A stretch of DNA of 64,000 nucleotides from Podarcis filfolensis (Eukaryota), in assembly GCA_964270895.1 (NCBI GenBank), contig OZ185437.1; one strand, 5' to 3'. A model generated the notes under the pieces. It searched no databases, was not told the DNA's origin, and saw only the letters and a program-made list of their open reading frames with translations. Positions 51,903-64,000 of the stretch are shown piece after piece. Position 1 is the stretch's first letter. Each line of letters starts with the position of its first letter. Position numbers and translations under genes: made by a program.

Positions 51903-52448
51903 AGTAGTAGTAGTAGTAGTAGTAGTATTACTATAACTATTAGTGTTAGTGTTACTGAATTTATATACCGCCCTATACCCGGGGGTCTCAGGGCAGTTCA
52001 CAGAATAAAATCAAAATATAAAACCACAAAATACATAACCAAAATAGAAACAACAACCCAATAACACACACCGCCTGAAAAAAATAACCCACCACATTTT
52101 AAAAGGGTGTAGAATATCAATCAAATCAACAAAAGGCCTGGTTAAAAAGGAATGTTTTTGCCTGGTGCCTAAAGGTGTATAATGAAGGCGCCAAGCGAAC
52201 TTCCCTGGGGAGAGCATTCCACAGATGAGGAGCCACTGCAGAGAAGGTCCGCTCTCGTGTTGCCACCCTCCAGACCTCTTGAGGAGGCGGCACATGAAGA
52301 AGGGCCTCAGAAGATGATCTCAGGGTCCAGGTAGGTTTGTATGGAAAGAGGCGGTCCTTGAGGTATTGTGGTCCTGAGCCATTTAAGGCTTTATAGGTCA
52401 AAACCAACACTTTGAATTGGGCCCAGAAACTAATTGGTAGCCAGTGCT
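51903..52448 (-). mobile_element. L2-clade LINE 3' fragment (second family)
   Basis: VLTYKALNGSGPQYLKDRL...RSSSEALL...APHLWNALP...KTFLFNQAF; (AGT)n-type tail at the left. Confidence 0.9.
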
Positions 52449-52963
52449 ACCTTGTACAAACCTTGAGCCTGCTGATACCTCTCTCTGTTGTGTCTAGATG
52501 GTGCTGTTTTGACTACATAACGATAGGCACTAAAATAATGAGTTAACTATTATTGTAAATTATTGAGGTTGCAACACAGTACTTCAGCAGATTGCTCTCA
52601 TGACTACTGGTTGCCCCAAAGTGGTAACAATGGAGAAACTCTTGGGTGCGCTTCTGGATGTTTTTCAGTCAGACTTAGCATTCTGAGTAATAGGCACAAA
52701 GTTACAAAAGGAAAATTCCAGAACTGACTGGGGACTTCTGTAAAACACAGATTTTGTATAGAGTGCTGCAAATTATTTATACTTAAAAGGAAACAAAGTA
52801 CAGTAAAGTGCTGAATTGCAATACATTCTTATCTTGGAAACAGTTGTACTGCAGTATTTGCAACTAATATTGTCATGTCTTTGCTGGGCAATGGTGACTT
52901 TGGTTTTAAATTGTAGAGTTGCATGGGACCAGGAGGGTCATCTAGTCCAACCCCTCAATGCAG

Positions 52964-53606
52964 CCATCCCTGGTAAACTAGTTTCCCCCACAAGTAATGG
53001 CACCTTCATTATACACCTTTAAAGGTAAAGGTAAATGTGACCCCTGACCATTAGGTCCAGTTGTGACCCACTCTGGGGTTGCGGTGCTCATCTCGCTATA
53101 TTGGCCGAGGGAGCCGCGTACAGCTCCTGGGTCATGTGGCCAGCGTGACTAAGCTGCTTCTGGCGAACCAAAGCAGTGCACGGAAACGCCGTTTACCTTC
53201 CTGCCAGAGCAGTACCTATTTATCTACTTGCACTTTGACATTCTTTCGAACTGCTAGGTTGGCAGGAGCACGGACCGAGCAACGGGAGCTCACCCCGTCG
53301 CGGGGATTTGAACCGCCGACCTTCTGATCGGCAAGTCCTAGGCTCTGTGGTTTAACCCACAGCGCCACCCGCATCCCTCATTATACACCTTTAGGCACCA
53401 GGAAAAAATGTTCCTCATTAACCAGGCCTTTGGCTGATTGACATCCAATGCCCTTTTAAAATGTGTTAGGGAGAGTTATTGGCCTGTTTTTGTTTTTATT
53501 ATATATTTTGTGCTTTTATATTGTGATTCTGTTTTGTAACTGCCCTGAGACCTGCGGGTATAGGGTAGTGTACAAATAATAATAATAATACTGTAGTAAT
53601 AATAAT
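52964..53606 (+). mobile_element. L2 3' fragment split by a Sauria SINE
   Basis: tggcaccttcattatacacctttaggcaccagg is the reverse complement of 52160-52192; (AAT)n tail at 53575-53606. Confidence 0.75.
53022..53377 (-). mobile_element. Full-length Sauria SINE
   Basis: tRNA-like head GGGATGCGGGTGGCGCTGTGGGTTAAACC, (ACCTTT)n-type tail, 16-bp TSD TCATTATACACCTTTA (53006-53021, 53378-53393). Confidence 0.95.
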
Positions 53607-55148
53607 GTTCAAAAATGGAATTGCATGAACTACACTTTATGTACAATTCTATTTATCTACTTTTTAATTTTGCAGTGCTGTGTCTTTTGAAATAGTATTT
53701 TTAAAATAGTTTTCTTGTGTTTTGTAGTTTCATATGTTTAATTTTTTTCTGTAGGTTTGTGAGGGCAAAGAGCCCTGAAAGGCTAGATAGAAATGTGTTA
53801 AATATAGTAAAATTGTGACTTCAATCCTCGTCTGAAAAACATGAGTCCCAGTATATTACTTTTCAACTCTATAACGGCCAGGATATGAACTGTGACTTTC
53901 ATTAAAAACCTATATATTATGAAATACCATGATATAATTGCAAGTTCTGACAGAACTGAAAAAAACAGAGGAAGATATGTTGCTGCATGTATTCTGATCT
54001 GTATTCAATTACACATTATGCTATGCCTTCATGCACACCAAAATATGCTAGAGTTTCGGCTATGTGATTAGCATTGCATTATTATTCATGGTGCATAGAC
54101 TATTGGCTGCATACTGAAGGAACATGCATCTTTAATACACATGTATTTAAAAGACAAGAAATAGCCTCTCTACCAAAAAGGAATAATTGGTTCAATTTCC
54201 CAAATGCAAACAAATAAAAATGAAAACATGCATTTTAGTGTAGATATCCAGAACTACTGGTTAGCTCTTCTAATACCAATGAAACATCATTTCACTTTGT
54301 ACACTTTCTTCCCTATAAATATTGTGAAAAAAAAATATATCTGTGTGGTAGGGATGTCTCTAAGGAAATATCACTGACCATAGTAATCATACTTAATTCC
54401 TCATAGGAGTAAGGTTGCTTTTCAGAAACATCTTGAACATAACAATTTCAGATCTGGGTTTTTTGTTTGCTTGCTTGCTTGCTTGCTTTATGCTACTTGT
54501 GCATGTTTTAGGGCTACATTTCTTTATTTAACAAATTTATCAAGTGTAAATTTCCCATCCCACAATTCTTATGTGTGCCCTTGTGCAATTCTTCAGAGCA
54601 GTGGTTCAGTGACAATATTTTTATTCAAAAATAGTGTGTGTGTTTTTAATCTCCCTTATGGCTTCAACCCCACAGAATAGAGTTCAGTGTTTAGTGGCAT
54701 TCCGCATCAGTGCTTCCTTCATTTGGGGCACTGAAATTGATTTTCCCCATCTGGGAATGTGAAAACTTGGTATTCTTCTTGTACAAACACCTGCAAGTAG
54801 TAGCATACTAAACACAGCAGTAGGGGTAGCGAAGGCAGATGCTTTGGGACTTCAGGAGTAGTGCTGTCAGCATGAGCAGTATGTGCAGAATCATCTGATC
54901 CATATGTTGGCTTCAGGAGGCCAAGCATGTATTGTGTGCACTGAGCTGTGAGACATCATGCACCTTTAGTGATGAATACTTTAAAGTAACAAATTCTGCA
55001 TCCAGATTGGCACAGTGCCTTTAAGCCATAAAATGACAAAAAGGCTTGTGGGACAGTATGTGAAAGAAACCCACGCTTAACTATTCAGGAATGTGAGATT
55101 ATTTTTCCACTCCAGAAGCTAGGTACAAGACGTTTGTTGTTTTAACTA

Positions 55149-55390
55149 CAGTGGTATCTCGGGTTAAGAACTTAATTCGTTCGGGAGGTCCGTTCTTAAC
55201 CTGAAACTGTTCTTAACCTGAAGCACCACTTTAGCTAATGGGGCCTCCCACTGCCACTGCACTGCTAGAGCACAATTTCTGTTCTCATCCTGAAACAAAG
55301 TTCTTAACCCGAGGTACTATTTCTGGGTTAGTGGAGTCTGTAACCTGAAGTGTCTGTAACCTGAAGCGTCTGTAACCCGAGGTACCACCG
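55149..55390 (-). mobile_element. Tc1/mariner MITE (family of 512-769)
   Basis: Reverse-complement homolog with TA flanks on both sides. Confidence 0.9.
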
Positions 55391-58062
55391 TAGTGCCACA
55401 TTCTGCATATATTGACAGCTTGCAATACTTTTTGCTTGTGAGTCCTTAAAAAAACAACAGTTGGCATTTAATGGTATAATGTTTCTGTGTGTTATATGGA
55501 GTTTGGAGGGGGGGAAGAGTTCCATAGTTGTTGGCTAGTGATAAGCAACATCACTCTTGATGAATGAATGCTATATCTGTTGGGGTGCCAAGCCTAGGCC
55601 ATGGAAGACTTTATACGTAAAAAGTGGCTCAGGTAGCTTTAGAATGCAGCTACAAGCACCATGATATTGTTATAATGTGCTTTCAGTGATTCATTCCTAG
55701 GAAGAAATAGACTGTCACATTTTGTAGCAGTAGTGGAAATACCAGGTTCTGCATGGTGCAATGACATCATACCCTCCAACATGTTGCAGCCCAAAACTGG
55801 GCCACGCATGTTCTGGGCTGTGCTCCCAGGTGAATCATATGACCCACACAGAGCCCAAAAACGTGTGTTGTTGGCTACCATGTTATCACGTGAAATCATG
55901 TTTTTGAGTGCTGTGCTCTTGGGTCCTGATAGTTGAGGGGTATGGAACACGTGAATTGGCTCCTAGGAAGGCATAAATGTCTGAATTAGAGAAAGAAGGT
56001 TATTGTTTTCTCAGCAAATAAATCTGATAAACATAAAATAGATAATACAAACTTATCACAAAAACAGAAAGTTTAAAACCTGCAATCAGATAAAGCGCAG
56101 ACAGTGGAGGCATTTCCATGTGTTAACATATATGCTTCACCACATTTTTTAAGGGTCTGTATGAATACCTCATAAAGCAGAATTACCCAGAATTCAGATC
56201 TAGGTAAATAGAGCTGAACTCTGTATTATCCCCACCTTCTCCAGTATTTCACCCAGACTAATCTGTTGGTTTCAGGCTTGCTAACAATACGAACAGGCAT
56301 TTGTCAATGGCAATGTGTATGTTTCAAGAGTTTTATTATTTATAATTGCAGTAACTAATTAGGAGAGGAGGGCTGAAAAAAACAGCAGCTTTGCATGTGC
56401 AGTTTCAGGGTATATTTTCTCTTATGCCATGCCCTTTGCACCTGCGTCTCACAGAGGAAAACACGTACAGAAAGGAAATTGACCTAGAATCCAAATTGGA
56501 GGAAGCCATCAAATCATATGAAAAACATTTTGGTTGGGGGCTAAGACTAGAAGATTTGAGATGACAGCATAAGAATAGTTCTGCTTGAGGCAAATGAATT
56601 ATTGGTGCAGAGAGAGAAACCCTTGTTTTGTATTAATTTTTTATTTTTTTGCTGGAGTTATTGGTTGTTCATTTAAGCTTTTTACAGTGCAAGCCTGTAA
56701 GTGCAAACTCAAAAGTAAGCCCATGCTGAGTCAATTGGACTTACTCCTAGGTAAGCATGTTCAGGGCTGCAGTCTTAATGGCTTTCAAATTCGATGCCCC
56801 GGCTTTCTTTTCCTTCCAGAAAATGTCCTTGCCAAAGTGCTGAAATAATGACTTAAGAACTATTTTGTTGCTGCTGTTGCTACAACCCCAGAGGACCTTT
56901 AACTAAAATATATTCAGGCTCTCCTGTTTCTTTGTCTCTCATAAATGTATTCTTGTCAGGGCTACCCACATAGTGACTCCATAGAATGAAAAATGAGGAT
57001 GGAAATGAAAATAGATTCTGCTGCTGGTCCATGTTTGCTAAAAGCAATGAGAGAGACATTTCCAGCAATGAATAAGAAAGAAGAAAGGACAGACCAAGAT
57101 ATGATATTGGATGTGGCCTCTTCTGCTCCTTACTTATACCTGTTGTTGTCCTGGTGCTATAAAACTGTGCAAATGGAAGTAATAAAGGGAATGATTTTTA
57201 TTTTTATTTTTAAATTCTCCTTAGGCATCTCTGCCAATCACCTTTAGAAAATAAGACATTTTCTGGGTGGGGGACAACAATTGTATGATGACCTGAACAC
57301 AGGAAGTTGGAAGGACTGGAGAAGAGGATGTGATTGATTTGACCTTGGACACATTACAATATAAAGTTGAATATGAGGCTATTACACTACTGCAGTATAT
57401 TCCAGCCAATATGTATAATAGCTGTGGCTACAATCCTAAACTTGTTTACCTGATAGCCAGTGCTTCTGAAATTCTCTCTTCTGGATAATGATTAAAAATG
57501 CAGGAGCCTTATCTCCTTTTGAATCTGGCCTCTCAAGCTCTCTGGCTTAATTTTCTCTTCCTTTTACCCTCCCCACAGATACACAGATCTTAAAGCATAT
57601 TCCACATGTCAGACTATTTCTTGTCCTGATTTTTATGCTTATGAACATGGATACTTTGGATTGTTGCCAATTAAATTTTATTCAGAGTAGACCCACATGG
57701 AGCTTTCAGGGCAAGCAAAAAGCAACAGAAAAACAAAAATATGCATATTCAAATATCTTTATAAGTAGACGTCTAGGTCTAGAGCTGACATTTTTGTTTA
57801 CATAAGGGACTGCAATTCAGTGGAGGCTCATGCTGGAGGAAGTGGGGAGACCACAATGTGCTTTTTCTGATTCTCCTTTCCCTGCAAGTCCCACCAACCA
57901 CAACTATTCCATAAGACACACACACCCCAGTCCTCTGGATCAGGTTACTAAGGGGGCACAGAGAGCTTTGAGTGGAAAGGGGGAATCAGTAAAGACAACC
58001 ACCATCTTCCTCCAGTGAGAGTATCCCATATGCAGAGTTCACAGAATGCATAGAAATTTTAG

Positions 58063-58173
58063 CTGGTATCCAACTAAGTTCTACTGAGAGCAGACACATG
58101 GAAATGAATGAACTTAAGTTAGTTGCATCCTTCAGTGGGTCTTTTCTGTGCATGACAAACTATGGATACAACC
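58063..58173. mobile_element. Palindromic MITE
   Basis: ggtatccaactaag...ggatacaacc inverted ends; family of 27854. Confidence 0.6.
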
Positions 58174-58310
58174 TTTTATTAACACTATCACAGTTGTTAA
58201 AAATAATTTGCTGTAGTTTAACATACATTTTAAAATACTGATATTTCCTTTACCATATGGAACTTAATACCAATGGTTATGGCTGCTGCCCATAGCCTGG
58301 AAGAAGGGTT

Positions 58311-58421
58311 GGGTTGCATTCAACTAAGTTTAACTCAGAGTAGACCCACTGAAATAAATGGCCCTATGTTCCATATTTTCAGTGGGTCTACTCTGAGAAA
58401 GACTAACACTGAATGCAACCC
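58311..58421. mobile_element. Palindromic MITE
   Basis: GGGTTGCATTCA / TGAATGCAACCC termini; 21-bp inner arms CTCAGAGTAGACCCACTGAAA / TTTCAGTGGGTCTACTCTGAG. Confidence 0.75.
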
Positions 58422-59214
58422 ATAGACATTAAGGTTAATATTTTATCCTAAGTACTGTAATCAATCAGTAAAACAATATGTTTTAATACAATTTTTCTAT
58501 TGCAATTTGTTTAAAATGTAGTGTATGCCCCAAGTTTTAATAAATTAAATAAATAAATGTAATAATATTTTTTAAATAAATTACAACTTTAGTATTCGAT
58601 GTTTGTGTTATTCCCAAAATTTATTTCTCATATTGGAGAAAAAACAAGAGACAGACATTTCTCATGGAGAGGGGGAATTTTTCTATTTCGTGACTGATTC
58701 AAGCAAAGCCTTCCATTATTGCGGAAATACTTATCCGCATTAATGTAATATCTAAAGTGGTCTTGTCACAGGCAGTCATAACAGAAATTATTTCATAAAG
58801 CAAATGAGAACCAATCAAAAACTACTCTAGAGATAGAGAATTGGCATCTTGAAGATAATTTGAGCTTCATTTTAGCCAAGCAGGAAATCAGAACATTTGA
58901 TGACCGTAATAAGAGACTTTTCATCACCTTTGCTTACTTTCTGTCACAATTAATTAATCTTTGTACATATAAGACTACATCATCTCTATTCCTGATGACA
59001 CTGTGGCACAATCTACTTGCATTATGAATGCAATGCTTGTGTGTAGAGGATCTTGACAGGGCTCAATATGGTCATGTTTCCCCCCTCATCTCTACCCACT
59101 CTGCATACATGAATGCATGGATTCATGGGTGAAGGCAAGGGCACCTATGATAGAAAGTTACAAACATATGATGTCTGCCCATTTCTTCCAGCCCTTCCTC
59201 TGTGTCTGGTGTAA

Positions 59215-59585
59215 GTTTATTCATTCATTCATTTTCTATAGTGCCCTTCATCCACGGATCACAGGGTGGTTTACAATACAAAACACAAAAAACACACAAC
59301 ATAGTAACAAACAAAAAGAATAACCCCTGTTGCCCCCCCCCCCCGTTTAAAACACTATAGATAGTTTAGTTAGCTTAGCCAAAGACCTTGGGAGAAGAGG
59401 GGTGTTTTCACCAGGCACCTAAAGACTTCTAATGAAGTCACCAGGCAAACTTTCCTGGGGAGAGCATTCCAGAAGCAGGGAGCCAGCACAGAAAAGACCC
59501 GCTCTTATGTTGCCATCTCTTGTGGAGGAGACTCACAAAGAAGGGCCTCAGATGATGATTGCAGGGTCCAGGTCAGTTCATAAAT
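59215..59585 (-). mobile_element. L2 3' fragment (family of 51903)
   Basis: ggcacctaaag...ctggggagagcattcca...gaagggcctcagatgatg homologous to 52160-52330. Confidence 0.75.
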
Positions 59586-59689
59586 TGCATGTAGACTCGG
59601 TGCACCTGATGTGTGAGTACCCCATCTCAAATTGCTTAAGAAATAAGCCAAGCTATAGCCGCAAAAGCTGGAAATTGCCTGTCTATCTA

Positions 59690-59940
59690 TCCCAAAGCTG
59701 CTCCCCCTACTGACCCTTCTCCCCCTTCTTGAGTGTTTTTGCCTGTCTTTTAACTCTAATAATGCCTCTTGTGAAGGATAGGGTGTGTGAGTGTGTGTAG
59801 AAATTAGGCTAGGGTACAAAGGTAAAGTTTACATTCTTTGCTCTGCCCACTTTTGCCTGACCCTGCTCACCCCTGGCATGTAGTTCCTGGAAGAGAATGT
59901 GGCCATTGTTCTGTTCTGAAAAAAGTTACAAACCAGATGG
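59690..59940 (+). mobile_element. hAT-type non-autonomous element fragment (family of 10997)
   Basis: ttgagtgtttttgcctg...taatgcctcttg shared with 11100-11150. Confidence 0.55.
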
Positions 59941-60669
59941 TGTATGTGAGGCATGCACAGATTTCTAGTTCCTTTGGCCCAGGATATCTTAAGGACCACC
60001 TGAGCCCTTATATCTCAGCTCAGTCATTGAGATCATCTGTAGGAGCAAGGGGAACCAGCTTCTGGAGGCTGAACCCTTCCCCCCCCCATTTTTGAGGTAG
60101 AGGGCTGCCTCCATGTCCAAAAAGCATGGGGACGAAGCACGGAGTGGACTGTGACACAGCTACTCCTCCTCCTCCTCCTGTTGCAGAGGGGAAGGAGAGT
60201 CAAAGCAGTTTCCCACCAGTGGCAACACCAAGAGGAGGTGGAGGAAGAGCTGCCAGCCATTGAAGCCACACAACCACCACATTCGGCTCTGCACCTGGCA
60301 GTGGAGTGACTGCCTCAAGCAATAGATGCTAGATAACAGCAGCTGCAGCCCCCTATTTGTTACTTCTGAGCCCCACCCCATTCTTTTTGTTGTTGTTGAA
60401 GGATAGATATGTATATGCCACATGGCGTGCCCTGGGTCCCCTAAACAGGTCTGCTCCTTCGGGTGTGGAGTAGAGGGCACCATCCTGTTGCCAGTATTGA
60501 AGTAAAATTCAGCTGCCTGCCAAGTCAGTATCTGTACATGGAATGTGGAGGGGAGCACCATCCTGCCATTCGTCCCAGGCAGCAAATTTTCATGGGACAC
60601 CCTGATATTCAGCATATTTCAGAATATAAGTATGTTTTGCATTCCTGAATATTAGCTGCCAAGACAATA

Positions 60670-61090
60670 TAACACTGGTCCTGAAAGACCTACATTGGCC
60701 CCCAGTACATTTCCGAGCACAATTCAAAGTGTTGGTGCTGACCTCTAAAGTCCAATGGCCTTGGAGTGTCTGAAGGAGTGTCTCCACCCCCATTGTTCAG
60801 CCTGGACACTGAGGTCCTCCTCCGAGGGTCTTCTGACAGTTCCCTCACTACGAGAAGCGAAGTTACAGGGAACCAGGCAGAGGGCCTTCTTGGTAGTGGT
60901 GCCCACCCTGTGGAACACCCTCCCATCAGATGTCAAGGAAATAAACAACTATCTGACTTTTAGAAGACATCTGAAGGGACCCCTGTTTAGGGAAGTTTTT
61001 AATGTTTGATGTTTTATTGTGTTTTTAATATTCTGTTGGGCCAGAGTGGCCGGGGAAAGCCAGCCAGATGGATTGGTTACAAATATCAAC
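60670..61090 (+). mobile_element. L2 3' fragment
   Basis: RSSSEGLLTVPSLREAKLQGTRQRAF...REVFNV, homologous to 38730-39070. Confidence 0.9.
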
Positions 61091-61120
61091 ATCATCATTT
61101 CCTATCTTGTTGGCTCATTA

Positions 61121-61150
61121 ATGATGATGATGATGATGATGATGATGATG
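61121..61150. repeat. (ATG)10 microsatellite
   Basis: Read directly from the sequence. Confidence 0.9.
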
Positions 61151-61159
61151 CCGATCAGA

Positions 61160-61338
61160 CTGGGTTGCGCCAGCCACTCTGGACAGCTTCCAGCATAGTT
61201 TTCCTATACATATATGGATTGAGAAATTCAACTGAGAATGCTTCAGATGTCTCCTAAAGATTATATAAGTACTCATAATATAATTATTCATCTCTTTGGT
61301 ATCTGATGGGAGGGCATTCCACAGGGTGGGCGCCATGA
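61160..61338 (-). mobile_element. L2 3' fragment, tail-to-tail with 60670-61090
   Basis: cccagccactctgg...atctgatgggagggcattccacagggtgggcgcc. Confidence 0.75.
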
Positions 61339-61802
61339 ACAAAAGAACTAAACCAGCCCCAACACAGCTACTTGTCTGAAATAAGTAAGCATTTGTTTAC
61401 CCATCCTCCATCTTGACTGTGTTTCCTTCTTTCTGAGTTTGGGTTGTAGAAGGAAAGCACACATTTTATAGCAATTTGGAGGAGCAGGGGCTGACATATC
61501 CAGTAAACAGATGGAAATGAATGGGAGAATTCAGGATAAGTGAGATTTTTATTGCCCTCTGTTTTGTATGTTTATCCTTTGTTAAAAGGTCTAATAGTAA
61601 TGGACTCTTAAAGACAAGTTAAGGATTGAACTACTATTTAGAGACTCTTTAGGCACATAGCAATTAGGAAATAGTTTTACTGCATCATTAGAGGTTTAAT
61701 TCTTACAAATTTAATACCTTGTGGAAAACCACACAGAGTATTCTGTTTCCAATGTTTTCTCTTACAAACCAGACTTTTCACTTTTATATTGTCCATTGTT
61801 AC

Positions 61803-62160
61803 TGTCAGGGAACTGACATCGGAGCCCAGAGTGGAGGTAGGGCTCTCCAATGATGCAGGAGAAGGGACCAGCAGGGAGAGGGAGAACACTTCCCTTGGGG
61901 AAGGAAATCGGCGTGACACCAGGAAAGAAGGGGAGGAGGGAAGGTCTTCGGAGAGAGGGCTCCAAGACCCTTCCACAGGGTCCAGCGGGGAGAGCCCAGG
62001 ACCTCCGCTGGCCACGCCCACTCTGCGCAGGAGACTCCCGCGCAGAGAGGCTAGGCGGAGACTTGGCGTCAAACAGCTTTTATGTTGGAAGAAGTTCAGG
62101 GAACGCCCACTGACGGATTCTGCCAGTGACTGAGACAGTCGCCTTGTAAGGGCTGTCAAA
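61803..62160 (+). mobile_element. Truncated LTR-like fragment (Gypsy-type)
   Basis: Starts TGTCAGGGAACTG; purine- and CpG-rich; no matching end or TSD seen. Confidence 0.55.
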
Positions 62161-62892
62161 TCAGGGAAAGGTTTAGCTACCCCAACAGCTGGGAGCAGTT
62201 TGGAATTTACGCACAAGCAACCCCAATTCCCATTACAGTTACTAACCATACATGGGGGGAGGATGAATCTAAGCCATAACCATTCTGAATACCTTAAAAA
62301 TAAATTCATCAGGCATTTATGAATCTTGAAGAAGGGTTATTTTTAAAGCGTGGGCCAAATTCTCATTTTTTCATGATAATAAGTAACTTGTCAAGAATAA
62401 TTCAAACTTCTATGAAGTGAGTTGGGGGGCATTGGTTCTGCTTTACAAAGAATTGCTTTCAGCAATACATCCTTGTTTTGGCCATGGATATGTACGTGGT
62501 TACAAATGTCATTAATTTTAATTATACATAGCTTGTTATAATTTTCAGTTTCCTATTCATTTTGACTCTCACATGCCAAGCTTCTGGCTCTTTTGCTCAT
62601 GTGTACAATTCTATTTTGAAATCATTATTTGTTACCACGTAATGAAACTTTGGAAAATTATCTTTAAATGATAGGGGACATATTATTTATTTATTTATTA
62701 AAAATGAGTGTAGGTTGAAATTTGCATGGAATTACCCTTTATCATTTACTGGCTTTAAATGCACAACATGATGAATGGGATTCAGCTAATGCATGCCATC
62801 AGTGGAAACCCGAAGCAAGTACTTCCACATGCGCAATGGGACTCCCCCCACCCTCCTTTCCTGGCCTCTGTCCCCTCAAATTTGCTCTAGGG

Positions 62893-62961
62893 CAGGGGTC
62901 CTCAAACTTTTTAAACAGGGGGCCAGTTCACTGCCCTTCAGACACTGTTGGGGGGCCAGAC
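62893..62961 (+). mobile_element. hAT left end (family of 20043), truncated
   Basis: caggggtcctcaaactttttaaacagggggccagttcactgcccttcagac. Confidence 0.75.
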
Positions 62962-63300
62962 AGGAAGTTTTGGAAAGTGAGCTGTCACGCTTGTGGGAGC
63001 TGGGTGCCTCAAAAGCTGGGAGCCTGCAGGACCTGGCCAAGAGCGGCGTACACTGCCCAGTGCACCTCTTCAAGGAGCACGGAGATGGACAAGGACAAGC
63101 TGGTGCCTCACCTGCAGCTGCCACCCTGTGCGGGCATTTCCGCCCCTTCATCCTTCTGCTCCCCAGAGGTGAAGGCCGCTGTCTGGGCCATTTCACCGCC
63201 GGCCTCATCGTCCTCCACCATCATGTCGGCTGGCAATGGGAGTGTGGCGGCGGTGTCCCCGCCGAGCCCTAGCCCGGGCCAGCTGTCCTCCAGGAACTCC
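62962..63300. pseudogene. Unidentified GC-rich coding-like fragment (possible retrocopy or captured exon)
   Basis: About 63% GC in a sampled 60-bp line, roughly 15 CpGs, GC3-biased triplets; no protein recognised. Confidence 0.35.
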
Positions 63301-64000
63301 AGAGCAGGGAAGTCAGGAGAACCTCTGGAACAGCATTTGATGGGGAAGAGAGCAGGACCACCCACCCATGAGGCCAAGTGAGGTTAGTGCCTCAGGTGGC
63401 AGGATCCACAGGGATAGTAGATCCTGATGTAGATCTTCACTTACACCTTCTTCCCTGTGGGGAGGGGAGCATTTTGCAGTTCACCTGAGGTGCCAAAATG
63501 TCTTGGGCCAGCCTTAGAAGAGAGTGGGGGATTGTTCCATCTCACAAGCTGAAATGCTTGTCCTGAAGGAATGAGTGCCTTAGTGTGATGTTGAATTCCT
63601 CCCATTGGTATTAAATATGTGAATAAACTATTAAATCTTACCATGAACCATCACAAGCATATGGAAGTGTTGGTAGGGGGCATGAGAAACTTTCTTTCTG
63701 TATGAAAGATCCTGATCTACCTCAGATTAATGTGCTCTTTGTTGTGTTCCATGTGGAAAGCCCGTGATGCTACCCCATCTTCAAACCCACAATGTCTTCT
63801 ATTGGTATAAACATATCCTACCTGTACTATACCTTCCTGAGGCTTTGTCATCTGTATTTTTGTTAAAACTGAAAAGATAAACTGTTTTGCAACAGTATCT
63901 GATATTCAACAATCCTGAACTAATGGGAATGACTTTAAATAGATAGCTCTCTCACATGTGTATCGTAAAAAGGAATTAAATTAAGAGGGAGATACACCAG

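Noticed and set aside
53006-53030. Sauria SINE target containing ACCTTT like its own tail (palindrome ACCTTTAAAGGT)
   Set aside because: The match is in the wrong orientation to prime reverse transcription; probably coincidence.
5252-60090. Scattered poly-G/poly-C runs of about 10-15 nt
   Set aside because: Isolated homopolymers, often within repeats and error-prone in assembly; no shared flanking structure.
62722-63381. 219-aa plus-strand ORF as an intact gene
   Set aside because: It runs through MITE and hAT terminal sequence before the GC-rich fragment, so it is a chimeric open frame.

Overview
Eukaryotic (vertebrate) genomic DNA, not prokaryotic. The repeat complement (Sauria SINEs, BovB/RTE, L2, CR1, L1, hAT and Tc1/mariner MITEs, Gypsy remnants, a Penelope-type palindrome) points to a squamate reptile, probably a lacertid lizard (inference). 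I could not recognise any host protein-coding gene, tRNA, rRNA or CRISPR array. The window looks intronic or intergenic, with two N gaps, and nearly all long ORFs in the track are TE remnants, antisense shadows or repeat artefacts. Most notable items: (1) a complete minimal type I hammerhead ribozyme motif inside a 75-bp near-perfect palindrome, inserted with a 12-bp TSD into a SINE; (2) a decayed candidate HDV-like ribozyme at the 5' end of an RTE-like element; (3) a 2.07-kb Tc2-type element enclosing unique DNA and a higher-order (A/B dimer) minisatellite; (4) a CCAAT-GC-TATA cassette pointing into a truncated L2; (5) an unidentified GC-rich coding-like fragment beside a hAT end. I cannot claim a demonstrably new biological system. 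These are testable candidates, and several belong to already described classes. Repeat family names come from recognition, not from a database search.
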